DNA of 64,000 nt, taken from NCBI GenBank assembly GCA_044356745.1, contig JBIKVP010000001.1, positions 14,714 to 78,713 on the forward strand, given 5' to 3'. A program made the translations under genes and the position numbers. Below are positions 21,186 through 28,999 of this stretch, one piece after another (within the stretch, counting starts at the first letter, position 1; each line of letters begins with the position of its first letter). The notes below the pieces were generated by a model, which made no database searches, was not told the origin of the DNA, and saw only the letters and a program-made list of their open reading frames with translations. This DNA is from Beijerinckiaceae bacterium. GTDB lineage: Bacteria > Pseudomonadota > Alphaproteobacteria > Rhizobiales > Beijerinckiaceae.

Positions 21186-21350
21186 ACCTGAATCTCAACC
21201 GTCATGCGCGGGCTTGACCCGCGTATCCCGTGTTTCTTTTTGTCCCCGCACACTGGTGCGAACACGCATTCGTACTTTGGAAGAAGTGTTATGTTCCAGA
21301 AAGCATGGATACCAAGCACAAGGCTTGGTATGACGGGCGAGGATCATGCG
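21186..21350. repeat. composite palindromic REP/MITE-like element (family 1)
   Basis: Two modules in inverted orientation: gtcatgcgcgggcttgacccgcgtatcc (21201-21228) and tggataccaagcacaaggcttggtatgacgg (21306-21336). Flanking sequences (ctgaatctcaacc / ggcgaggatcatg) resemble those of the 7466-7591 copy. The element fills the rpsP-trmD gap. Confidence 0.75.
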
Positions 21351-21361
21351 AATAACGTCAA

Positions 21362-21739
21362 TCAAGCCGCAGCGTCGTCAGCAGGAGCAGCATTAGCCGC
21401 TTCTAAAGCCGCAGCGCGTTCTGCCGCACGTTCAGTCGCTTTTTGGCCTGGCACAGCTCTTTGTGGATTATTGCGCGGTGCACGCTTCAATAAACCTTCC
21501 GCATCAAAAAAGCGCAGGACGCGATCGGTCGGTTGCGCACCTTTTGAAAGCCAATCTTTGGCTTTATCCAGATCAAGCGTATAACGCTTTTGTGCGCCAT
21601 CTTTGGGTAACATCGGGTTATAAGTGCCAATTTTTTCAATAAAACGGCCATCGCGCGGCGCACGAGCATCCGCAACAACGATACGATAATACGGGCGCTT
21701 TTTAGAACCACCGCGTGAGAGGCGAATTTTCAGTGACAT
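21362..21739 (-). CDS. rpsP: 30S ribosomal protein S16
   Basis: 125 aa. [35 protein letters not shown], followed by an Ala-rich C-terminal extension. Confidence 0.95.
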   Translation of the reverse strand: MSLKIRLSRGGSKKRPYYRIVVADARAPRDGRFIEKIGTYNPMLPKDGAQKRYTLDLDKAKDWLSKGAQPTDRVLRFFDAEGLLKRAPRNNPQRAVPGQKATERAAERAAALEAANAAPADDAAA

Positions 21740-21780
21740 TGTAGACTCCTTGGTTGAATGTTTGTTTTGGGTTTTGGGTT

Positions 21781-21921
21781 GTCATTGCGAGGAAGCACAC
21801 AGTGCTGACGCGGCAATCCAGTGATGATGTCTGTTATTATGCTATTCCAGCGCTTAACGTGGTAAACTTGACAAGAACACTCTGGATTGCCACGCCTCTC
21901 TTTCGAGAAGCTCGCAATGAC
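21781..21921. repeat. 141-bp MITE-like palindromic element (family 2)
   Basis: Terminal inverted repeats gtcattgcgag (21781-21791) / ctcgcaatgac (21911-21921), and ggcaatccag (21812-21821) / ctggattgcc (21882-21891). This element is the origin of spurious ORF 21754..21999. Confidence 0.8.
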
Positions 21922-21933
21922 GGGTTAGTTGTA

Positions 21934-22545
21934 TTAAGCAGCGTTGGCGAACTCCTGATCTTTAGCGGTGGCGCGTTGAAGCGCGGGGCGTGCTTCTAAG
22001 CGTTTGATGTAGTTTATAAATTCAGGACGCTCAGGAATGGCATGTACCATCATGCCCCAGCGCAAACCTGAACCAATGACAATATCCGCTGCCGTAAAAG
22101 TCTCGCCCAGCAGATAAGAGCCGTTTTTAAGAGCATTCGTAAGCACATCCATGACGAGATCATAGCTGCCCCACCCCGCAGCCGCTTGCATCACATCAGG
22201 GCGATTAAACATCTTGTCAATCATGGCTGGCTCTAAACAATTACCGCTGAAAAACAGCCACTTGAGATAGTCTGCGCGGCGTGGATCGCTTAAGGGAACA
22301 TTGAGTTTTGCTTCAGGAAAACGATCCGCCAGATAGGTCGCAATCGCCCCCGATTCCGTGATGATGATACCATCATGATCAATCGCGGGGACTTTTCCCA
22401 TCGGATTAATAGCAAGATACGCAGGTTGGCGATTGTCACCCGCTTTGCCGTCAAGAACCTTGACCTGATACGGCTGACCCAGCTCCTCAAGCATCCAGAG
22501 AATAATCGACGAGCGCGACGGAGAGATGTGGTAGAGCGTAATCAT
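21934..22545 (-). CDS. glutathione S-transferase family protein
   Basis: 203 aa. Thioredoxin-like N-terminal domain (MITLYHISPSRSS...VPAIDHDG) and a helical C-terminal domain. Confidence 0.85.
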   Translation of the reverse strand: MITLYHISPSRSSIILWMLEELGQPYQVKVLDGKAGDNRQPAYLAINPMGKVPAIDHDGIIITESGAIATYLADRFPEAKLNVPLSDPRRADYLKWLFFSGNCLEPAMIDKMFNRPDVMQAAAGWGSYDLVMDVLTNALKNGSYLLGETFTAADIVIGSGLRWGMMVHAIPERPEFINYIKRLEARPALQRATAKDQEFANAA

Positions 22546-22551
22546 TTTTAT

Positions 22552-23262
22552 TTATGAACCTCTTTGCATAGTAGATTCAAGTATAGATTCAGAATCTCTA
22601 ATTATTAAATTAGTATTATTATTTATATTTTTTTTCCAATTTTTACCTTGAGATTCTATTTTTATACGCTGCCATTCCTCTTTTAAAATTATTGAAACAA
22701 TATCTGGAATTTTAAATCTCAATTGATTTACTTTCCTTATGCAATCTTCCGCTTCTTGATGCTCTCCATCTTCGAGATTTACTAATGAGAGACACAACAA
22801 TCCCTTTGTTTGACTTAGTAAACTAAAGCATAAATCATGATTTTTCTCATTCAGATTAAAACTGAGACGCATGTGTGTATCAATAGACGCCAAATCGGCT
22901 AAGTTCATTCTTGTTTTTTCTAAAAAGGATTGTCCCAATATTTTTTTCTTTGCGATAATATCCATAAAATCAGCAGTTAGTGAATCAGTAATTTTCACAA
23001 ATTTGGATGTATTATCTCTAAGATTATTTATCCATTCCTGTCTAAATTGACTGATTTTGTAACCACTATCTCTTTTTGAAGACTTTATACTTATATAAAG
23101 AGTTGTCAGTGCTATCATCATGGTAGCTATACCCACTAACGCATTCCCAAAATCAATCTGTGTTTTTTGAGAAAACCAATCTAAAGACAAAAATGCAGGC
23201 GGGGGTGTTGACTGCATAAATGACATTAATGTTTTCTGAAGTTGCTCAAAAAGGCTCAGCAT
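22552..23262 (-). CDS. hypothetical membrane-anchored helical protein on an AT-rich insertion
   Basis: 236-aa ORF. One N-terminal TM helix (GNALVGIATMMIALTTLYISI) followed by a long Lys/Asn/Ile-rich helical region. A G-rich SD (aggggg) sits 5 nt upstream of the ATG. G+C is far below the neighbours (13/60 and 17/60 in two hand-counted lines). No family recognised. Confidence 0.6.
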   Translation of the reverse strand: MLSLFEQLQKTLMSFMQSTPPPAFLSLDWFSQKTQIDFGNALVGIATMMIALTTLYISIKSSKRDSGYKISQFRQEWINNLRDNTSKFVKITDSLTADFMDIIAKKKILGQSFLEKTRMNLADLASIDTHMRLSFNLNEKNHDLCFSLLSQTKGLLCLSLVNLEDGEHQEAEDCIRKVNQLRFKIPDIVSIILKEEWQRIKIESQGKNWKKNINNNTNLIIRDSESILESTMQRGS

Positions 23263-23286
23263 TCATGCCCCCTACTATAAAGGTCA

Positions 23287-23460
23287 CATGAACCTCTTGC
23301 GTCATGGCAAGGTTTAGCCTTGCCATCCACGCCTTTGGAAGCACGGACTTGTAAGAGTAGAAGCTTCCCAAAGCGCAACTGCGCGTCCGCGCCCGTGCGC
23401 GGGGTTGCGAAAAAAGAAGACGTGGATGGCCGTGTCGCGCACGGCCATGACGGGTGAGGA
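23287..23460. repeat. composite palindromic REP/MITE-like element (family 1)
   Basis: Module cgtcatggcaaggtttagccttgccatccacgcctt (23300-23335) and the inverted module cgtggatggccgtgtcgcgcacggccatgacgg (23421-23453), preceded by catgaacctc. This element is the origin of spurious ORF 23256..23525, whose translation contains VDGKAKPCHD. Confidence 0.8.
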
Positions 23461-23490
23461 GTGTTTCGTGTGCTCATCCGATCCATCGCC

Positions 23491-25056
23491 CTATCTCTTC
23501 TTGCCAAACGGATTAAAGCCACCAAGCCCAGGCAAGCCGCCTAAGCCTTTTGTGCCCAGTCCTGGCAAAACAGGGGTTTTGGGAGCAAACAACTCAGGGG
23601 GTGGCGCATCAGGAATTTTTGATCCTGTCGCTTGCTCCAGTTGTTTAAGCATCGCAGGATCAAGCTGTGAGGGATCAAGGGCAGGCATTGCGCCACCCGG
23701 GAACCCACCACCCATGCCAAACATATTGGCAAGACCTGCCATCGGGCCACGTTTGCCGCCTTTGCCCATCATCTTCATCATATCGGCCATTTGGCGATGC
23801 ATTTTCAGCAACTTGTTGACCATCTCAACGGATGTGCCTGATCCTGCTGCAATGCGCTTTTTGCGGCTCGCTTTGAGAATATCAGGATTTTTGCGTTCCT
23901 GCTTCGTCATGGAGTCAATGATTGCGCGTTGGCGCTTAATGAGCTTGTCATCAATATTGGCATCCGCAAGCTGGTTTTTGATTTTGCCCATGCCCGGCAT
24001 TAAGCCCATCATGCCGCCAATACCGCCAAGCTTTTCAAGCTGCGCCAGTTGCATCTTCATATCATCAAGATCAAACTGGCCTTTGCGCATCTTCTGCGCC
24101 ATGTCGAGCGCTTTGGCTTGATCAATACTCTCCGCTGCTTTTTCGACGAGCGAGACAATATCGCCCATACCCAAAATGCGATTAGCGACACGCGAGGGGT
24201 GAAACTCCTCAAGCGCATCAACCTTCTCGCCCATCCCGATAAGCTTGATAGGCTTACCCGTGACGGCACGCATGGAAAGCGCAGCCCCCCCGCGTGAGTC
24301 TCCATCCATACGGGTGAGCACGATACCCGTAATTCCAAGACGCTCGTCAAAAGCGCGCGCCGTATTGACCGCATCCTGCCCAGTCAGCGCATCAGCAACG
24401 AGCAAAATTTCATGGGGATTGGTTGCAGCTTTGACCTGCGCCACCTCCTCCATGAGCGCGTCATCAAGGGTTGTGCGCCCTGCCGTATCAAGAATAACAA
24501 CATCAAACCCGCCGCGCCGCGCTTCATCAAGGGCGCGTTTCGCGATCTGCACCGCCGATTGCCCTGCAATAATCGCGAGCGTTTCAACATTGACTTGCTT
24601 GCCAAGCACAGCCAACTGCTCCATCGCCGCTGGGCGACGGGTATCAAGGGAGGCCAGCAGCACCTTTTTCTTGAATTTTTCAGTGAGACGGCGGGCAATT
24701 TTTGCGGTGGTGGTGGTTTTACCTGACCCTTGCAGACCCACCATGAGAATCGGCACAGGCGCAGCAGCATTCAAATCAATGCCTTGCGCTTCAGAACCCA
24801 GCATCTCAGCAAGCGCATCATTGACGATCTTAATCACCATCTGCCCAGGCGTGACAGATTTCAAAACCCCTGCGCCAATCGCTTTTGACTTCACGTTCTC
24901 GGTAAAGGTGCGCACCACTTCAAGCGCCACATCTGCTTCAAGCAGCGCACGGCGTACTTCGCGCAACGCATCCGTGACATCACTCTCCGACAACGCCCCG
25001 CGACGGGTGAGCGCATTCAAAATGCCATTGAGTTTATCGGACAAGCCGTCGAACAT
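23491..25056 (-). CDS. ffh: signal recognition particle protein Ffh
   Basis: 521 aa. NG domain (GLQGSGKTTT, DTAGR, TRMDGDSRGG), a Met-rich M domain, and a Gly/Pro-rich C-terminal tail. Confidence 0.97.
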   Translation of the reverse strand: MFDGLSDKLNGILNALTRRGALSESDVTDALREVRRALLEADVALEVVRTFTENVKSKAIGAGVLKSVTPGQMVIKIVNDALAEMLGSEAQGIDLNAAAPVPILMVGLQGSGKTTTTAKIARRLTEKFKKKVLLASLDTRRPAAMEQLAVLGKQVNVETLAIIAGQSAVQIAKRALDEARRGGFDVVILDTAGRTTLDDALMEEVAQVKAATNPHEILLVADALTGQDAVNTARAFDERLGITGIVLTRMDGDSRGGAALSMRAVTGKPIKLIGMGEKVDALEEFHPSRVANRILGMGDIVSLVEKAAESIDQAKALDMAQKMRKGQFDLDDMKMQLAQLEKLGGIGGMMGLMPGMGKIKNQLADANIDDKLIKRQRAIIDSMTKQERKNPDILKASRKKRIAAGSGTSVEMVNKLLKMHRQMADMMKMMGKGGKRGPMAGLANMFGMGGGFPGGAMPALDPSQLDPAMLKQLEQATGSKIPDAPPPELFAPKTPVLPGLGTKGLGGLPGLGGFNPFGKKR

Positions 25057-25250
25057 TTATCTTTCCTTTTAACCCACCCCACGAGGGGTGACGCGCATTC
25101 GCGCTTTGGTGTTTTACCCTTAGACCCGCGCCACGGGGCGCAACGCCGTTTTTATTCGGACGCTTTTACGATGTAAAAGCTATGCAGCCCTTGCAACCTG
25201 CGGTCAGTTTCTTTTTTGACCCGCGCCACAGGGGTTGGGCGCTCTATTCT

Positions 25251-25334
25251 CGTCATGGCAAGGTTTAGCCTTGCCATCCACGCCTTAAACACTTTTTAAG
25301 ACGTGGATACGCGGGTCAAGCCCGCGCATGACGG
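25251..25334. repeat. composite palindromic REP/MITE-like element (family 1)
   Basis: Positions 25251-25286 are identical over 36 nt to 23300-23335. This is followed 14 nt later by the inverted module acgtggatacgcgggtcaagcccgcgcatgacgg (25301-25334). Related tracts (ttagacccgcgccacgggg, ttgacccgcgccacagggg) lie at about 25128-25245. Confidence 0.8.
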
Positions 25335-25579
25335 TTGTTAAAGACAGCTTATCCACTGCCATGACATATTCATGTTCCCTCTGCACAAAAAAACAAAGCA
25401 CAAAGGCGCCCGAGGGCGCATCGCGCTGTCGGACGTTGACGGTTGAGACCTCACACAAGATCAGAACACGTGGCTCAGTTTTTGCTTTTCAAAGGGAAAA
25501 GTGAGGATTGATATGCTGTTGAATGAGATAAATGTCAAGCCAAACGGTGCATGAGGCAATGAATCTTACGGTAAAATGC

Positions 25580-26803
25580 TCATAAACCCGTGCTCAACCA
25601 TGTACCAGAGGCCAATGCTCCGCACATCGCAGATGCAAAGAGTAGCGCTTCATGACGTGATAAAACGGCGGGTGCAGGCGTTTTGCCTTGAAATATCCAT
25701 GCCTGTGTTGCCACCATATTGAGTGACCAACCCACTCCGAGCGCAATCATTGCCAGTGAAAACCCTGTCATATGATCACTTGAGAGCAGTGCAATCGCAG
25801 CCACAACAACGATACCTGCCCCTAAACTCGCAATATAAGCAGGAGCAACACGGTGCAGAATGGGAGCGATGAGTGCAGCGGGTGCATACATCGCCACGAC
25901 ATGCCAAGCAATAACCGTTGTTGACCCCCCAATACTAATCCCGCAATGTTGCATTCCAATCGGTGCATAGGCCATCATCGCTGTCATCAAAAACCATGAC
26001 ACTGTGCTCAAAATTGTAGCACCATAAGGCAAAGAAGATGATCCCTCGCGAGGCTTGTGTGATGAAAGCGCTGCCACAACGGGCGCAGCTTCGTGACGAT
26101 GGATTGGTAACAAGAGTGTAAAAGCCATCAAAACGAGATAAAGCACACCAACAACACCCGCTGTGCCGAGTAAAAGATAAGGCTCAAACCATTTTTCGGC
26201 CATTCCCGCCAATGGGCCACCCACCAACCCTGCTAAGGCTCCTACACCAATAACCGCACCCAGTGCGCCTAAGCGTTTATCGCGCATCGCATGTTGAGCC
26301 GCAGCGTGACGCATACTGAAAATCATGGCATTTGCTGCACCAAGTAAAACCGATGATGTCGTTAAAAGCACAAATTCACGAGAAATGAGGGCATGTGCAA
26401 ATAGACTCACGCCCAGAAAACCAACAAGGCCACTAGCAAAACCAAGACCAATTGAATGCGATGTATGACTAAAACGGGGCGCAAGATAACCACCAACAAC
26501 ACCGCCAAAAAGCAAAGCGGCAAAGGGATATGTTGCGATAGCTTTATCAGTGGCAATCAACCAACCCGCCATGGGTACAATCCCTAAGACGAGAGCTTGT
26601 ATTAAAACGCCAACACCAAATATACATGCAACGCGTGTGAGCAAAAAAGGAGACGAGATTGAATGTTCTGAAACGATGGCCTGTGATGTGAGATGACTAA
26701 CATGACCACAGCAACTAGAGGCCGCAAAGGGAGTAAGAACACGCTCATCAGACACATAATGCGGTTGTGTCTTTACAAGAGATGATGAAAAACGAGCCAG
26801 CAT
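25580..26803 (-). CDS. MFS-type transporter
   Basis: 407-aa ORF with about 12 hydrophobic segments. The ~50-aa N-terminus is not hydrophobic, so the start is uncertain. Confidence 0.7.
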   Translation of the reverse strand: MLARFSSSLVKTQPHYVSDERVLTPFAASSCCGHVSHLTSQAIVSEHSISSPFLLTRVACIFGVGVLIQALVLGIVPMAGWLIATDKAIATYPFAALLFGGVVGGYLAPRFSHTSHSIGLGFASGLVGFLGVSLFAHALISREFVLLTTSSVLLGAANAMIFSMRHAAAQHAMRDKRLGALGAVIGVGALAGLVGGPLAGMAEKWFEPYLLLGTAGVVGVLYLVLMAFTLLLPIHRHEAAPVVAALSSHKPREGSSSLPYGATILSTVSWFLMTAMMAYAPIGMQHCGISIGGSTTVIAWHVVAMYAPAALIAPILHRVAPAYIASLGAGIVVVAAIALLSSDHMTGFSLAMIALGVGWSLNMVATQAWIFQGKTPAPAVLSRHEALLFASAMCGALASGTWLSTGL

Positions 26804-26897
26804 ATCATCAAACCTAAATAATTAAATCAAGAGTAATAGTAAAATAATTAAATAGATATGTCATGTAATTTAAATATTTATTATTAATATCATAATA

Positions 26898-26935
26898 TAA
26901 AATAAAAATAGGGATCTAAATAATAGATCCCTATT
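26898..26935 (-). terminator. rho-independent terminator of the AT-rich cassette
   Basis: On the minus strand: stem aatagggatct/agatccctatt with loop attattt, followed by tttttatttt, about 25 nt after the stop at 26959. Confidence 0.7.
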
Positions 26936-26958
26936 CGAAATTAAAAGATTATTTTATA

Positions 26959-27573
26959 CTATATTGCGCCAAAGAGTTGAGTTTCACTAGGTGCTCGCGA
27001 CATTGTAGGAGTTGTAAAAGGTAGATTATGATTGCGATAAGGCCCGACCAAATCATCAACTCCTGCTGGAGACAGACTTCTTATGTTTGGGCTTGTCGAC
27101 TGTTGCAACAGTCTAGCAATTTCTGGGCTATATCGTGAAAGCTCTGAAGGAACTTGCGACCCTGTATTTAAAGGTGTTGTAGGTTGTCCGTAAGCCGCTG
27201 TCTGAGCTCCAGATAAACCATTAGCACCCAATACTTGCTTCTCAAGAGCTGCAAGACATTTATTGCATAACTCAGCCAATGCCATCATCTGATCATCGCT
27301 CAGATTGCTCAAACCCAAAGTCTCTTGAATATCACTCATCATCTCAGCTTCTACTTGCTGTTTATCGGCAGATGAATAATCACCATCAGCGGCAAGCTGC
27401 TGGATACGAACTGATGCTTCTGCTTCAGCTTTGTGCGTTGCATCTTGCAAGGCTCCTGAACTGACACCAAGTTTGCTGGCAACATTTGCAAAATCAGCAT
27501 CCATACCACCGGCGGCGCCAGTTGTAGCACCTGTGCTACCAAGAGCATTTACACCATTTACTCCGTAAGTCAT
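26959..27573 (-). CDS. hypothetical Gly/Ala/Ser/Thr/Gln-rich protein (no TM, no signal peptide)
   Basis: ORF 26959..27579. Start set at the second ATG (27573), 6 nt after the SD aggag. N-terminus GVNGVNALGSTGATTGAAGG, an acidic helical middle, and an S/T/P-rich C-terminus. No family recognised. Confidence 0.5.
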   Translation of the reverse strand: MTYGVNGVNALGSTGATTGAAGGMDADFANVASKLGVSSGALQDATHKAEAEASVRIQQLAADGDYSSADKQQVEAEMMSDIQETLGLSNLSDDQMMALAELCNKCLAALEKQVLGANGLSGAQTAAYGQPTTPLNTGSQVPSELSRYSPEIARLLQQSTSPNIRSLSPAGVDDLVGPYRNHNLPFTTPTMSRAPSETQLFGAI

Positions 27574-27629
27574 GATCATCTCCTATAAGTTGTGATCTAT
27601 CATCAGATTTTTAGATTTAGTTTATCATC

Positions 27630-27857
27630 TCAATATGTTGCCGAGGGGTTTTGGCGTTGATTACGCACCTCTGGGCGTAACCAAGGACACTTGAGATAAA
27701 TTTTTTCACGGCTTACACCAAGCACACGCAAAAACTGTTCATCGCTGATATGAGGCTTGCTCTCCATTTTAATCAAAAGAGCACGCAGCATATCGGATTT
27801 AACCTTCCGCTGCTGTTCTGGTGAAAGATGTCCAGTAGATTGATTGCTATTATACAT
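27630..27857 (-). CDS. hypothetical small protein with a possible helix-turn-helix
   Basis: ORF 27630..27869. Start set at ATG 27857 (MYNSNQ), 6 nt after ggag. The segment ISDEQFLRVLGVSREKIY looks like an HTH. It is the first gene of the cassette, downstream of a 190-bp very AT-rich region. Confidence 0.45.
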   Translation of the reverse strand: MYNSNQSTGHLSPEQQRKVKSDMLRALLIKMESKPHISDEQFLRVLGVSREKIYLKCPWLRPEVRNQRQNPSATY

Positions 27858-28057
27858 CGAAAGCTCCACAAGTTACTGTAGAGAATACGCGATTGGAAAA
27901 ATTTTTGAAATAAAATACATCGTTTACAAATACAGTTAATAATATTTACTTTAATATAAAAAGTAAACGAAGGCGGTTAACATGTAAAAAAATCAGATAA
28001 GCCTTTGATAAAAAAGAATTTTTAAAAATATTATCGACAATAGATTTTAAATTTAGC

Positions 28058-28993
28058 CTACGCCTTATCGTCGCGCTCGGCTTGTCCAAGTTGAACAATA
28101 CCGCGTCTTATCAAACGACTTCGCGTAAAAAACTCTTCAAGCATTGCGCCATCGCCCCAACGAATAGCTTTGGCAAGTGTCGCCAAATCCTCATTAAAGC
28201 GTCCTAAAATTTCCAAAACAGCTTCGCGGTTATTTAAAAACACATCACGCCACATCACGGGATCAGATGACGCAATGCGCGTAAAATCGCGAAAGCCCCC
28301 TGCTGAAAATTTAATGACTTCAGATTGAGTAACATGTTCCAGATCAGCTGCTGTACCCACAATATTATAAGCAATTAAATGCGGCACATGGCTGGTCATT
28401 GCAAGCACCAGATCATGATGAGTAGGTGTCATCTCTTCAACAAGTGAGCCCATTGCCTCCCAAAGCTGACGGATTTTGGCAATAGCTTGTGCAGATGTAT
28501 CAGGCAGCGGCGTTAAAATACACCAGCGGTTGACAAAAAGAGTAGCCATACCTGCTTCAGGACCTGAATGCTCTGTCCCTGCCACGGGATGCGCGGGTAC
28601 AAAACTCACATAATCTGGCAAATACGGCGCTACCTGCTGTATGAAAGACGCTTTTGTTGAGCCAACATCAGAGACAATCGCACTCTGTTCAAGTGCGGGT
28701 GCCATATCACGGGCAATTGTTTCACACGCACCCACAGGAACACACAATATGACAGCATCAGCCCCGACAACGCCCTCGGCTACATCGCTATAAATTTCAT
28801 CCACGAGTTCAAGAGCAGCCACCTTAAGACGCACACCTTTGGATACGTCGATACCAATCAACGTATGTGCTAAATTCGCCTGACGCACAGCGCGGGCAAT
28901 GGATGAGCCAATCAAACCTAAACCAACAATCGCCAAGCGTGAAAATAAAGGGGTTTCACGGCGCGCAAGAGCAAGTGTCATCTCAGGAGACAT
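28058..28993 (-). CDS. tyrC: prephenate/arogenate dehydrogenase
   Basis: 311 aa. Rossmann motif IVGLGLIGSSIA and a prephenate dehydrogenase core (HPVAGTEHSGP). Confidence 0.85.
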   Translation of the reverse strand: MSPEMTLALARRETPLFSRLAIVGLGLIGSSIARAVRQANLAHTLIGIDVSKGVRLKVAALELVDEIYSDVAEGVVGADAVILCVPVGACETIARDMAPALEQSAIVSDVGSTKASFIQQVAPYLPDYVSFVPAHPVAGTEHSGPEAGMATLFVNRWCILTPLPDTSAQAIAKIRQLWEAMGSLVEEMTPTHHDLVLAMTSHVPHLIAYNIVGTAADLEHVTQSEVIKFSAGGFRDFTRIASSDPVMWRDVFLNNREAVLEILGRFNEDLATLAKAIRWGDGAMLEEFFTRSRLIRRGIVQLGQAERDDKA

Positions 28994-28999
28994 GGCTCT

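Noticed and set aside
21204-21584. 126-aa ORF spanning the rpsP-trmD gap. ORFs 23256..23525 and 21754..21999 are similar.
   Set aside because: They are built from translated REP/MITE modules (peptides such as GLDPRI, VDGKAKPCHD, VIARKH...WIATP) and from antisense rpsP sequence. This is a classic mis-annotation of palindromic repeats.
23405-25072. Long plus-strand ORFs (238 aa and 275 aa) antisense to ffh
   Set aside because: These are shadow ORFs of a highly conserved gene. Their translations are Ser/Ala/Arg/Pro-rich low-complexity sequence. ffh on the minus strand explains the open frames.
7466-25334. Hairpin repeats as a possible CRISPR array
   Set aside because: The copies are dispersed over 18 kb in separate intergenic regions, occur in inverted pairs and lack regular repeat-spacer periodicity. 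No cas genes are present.
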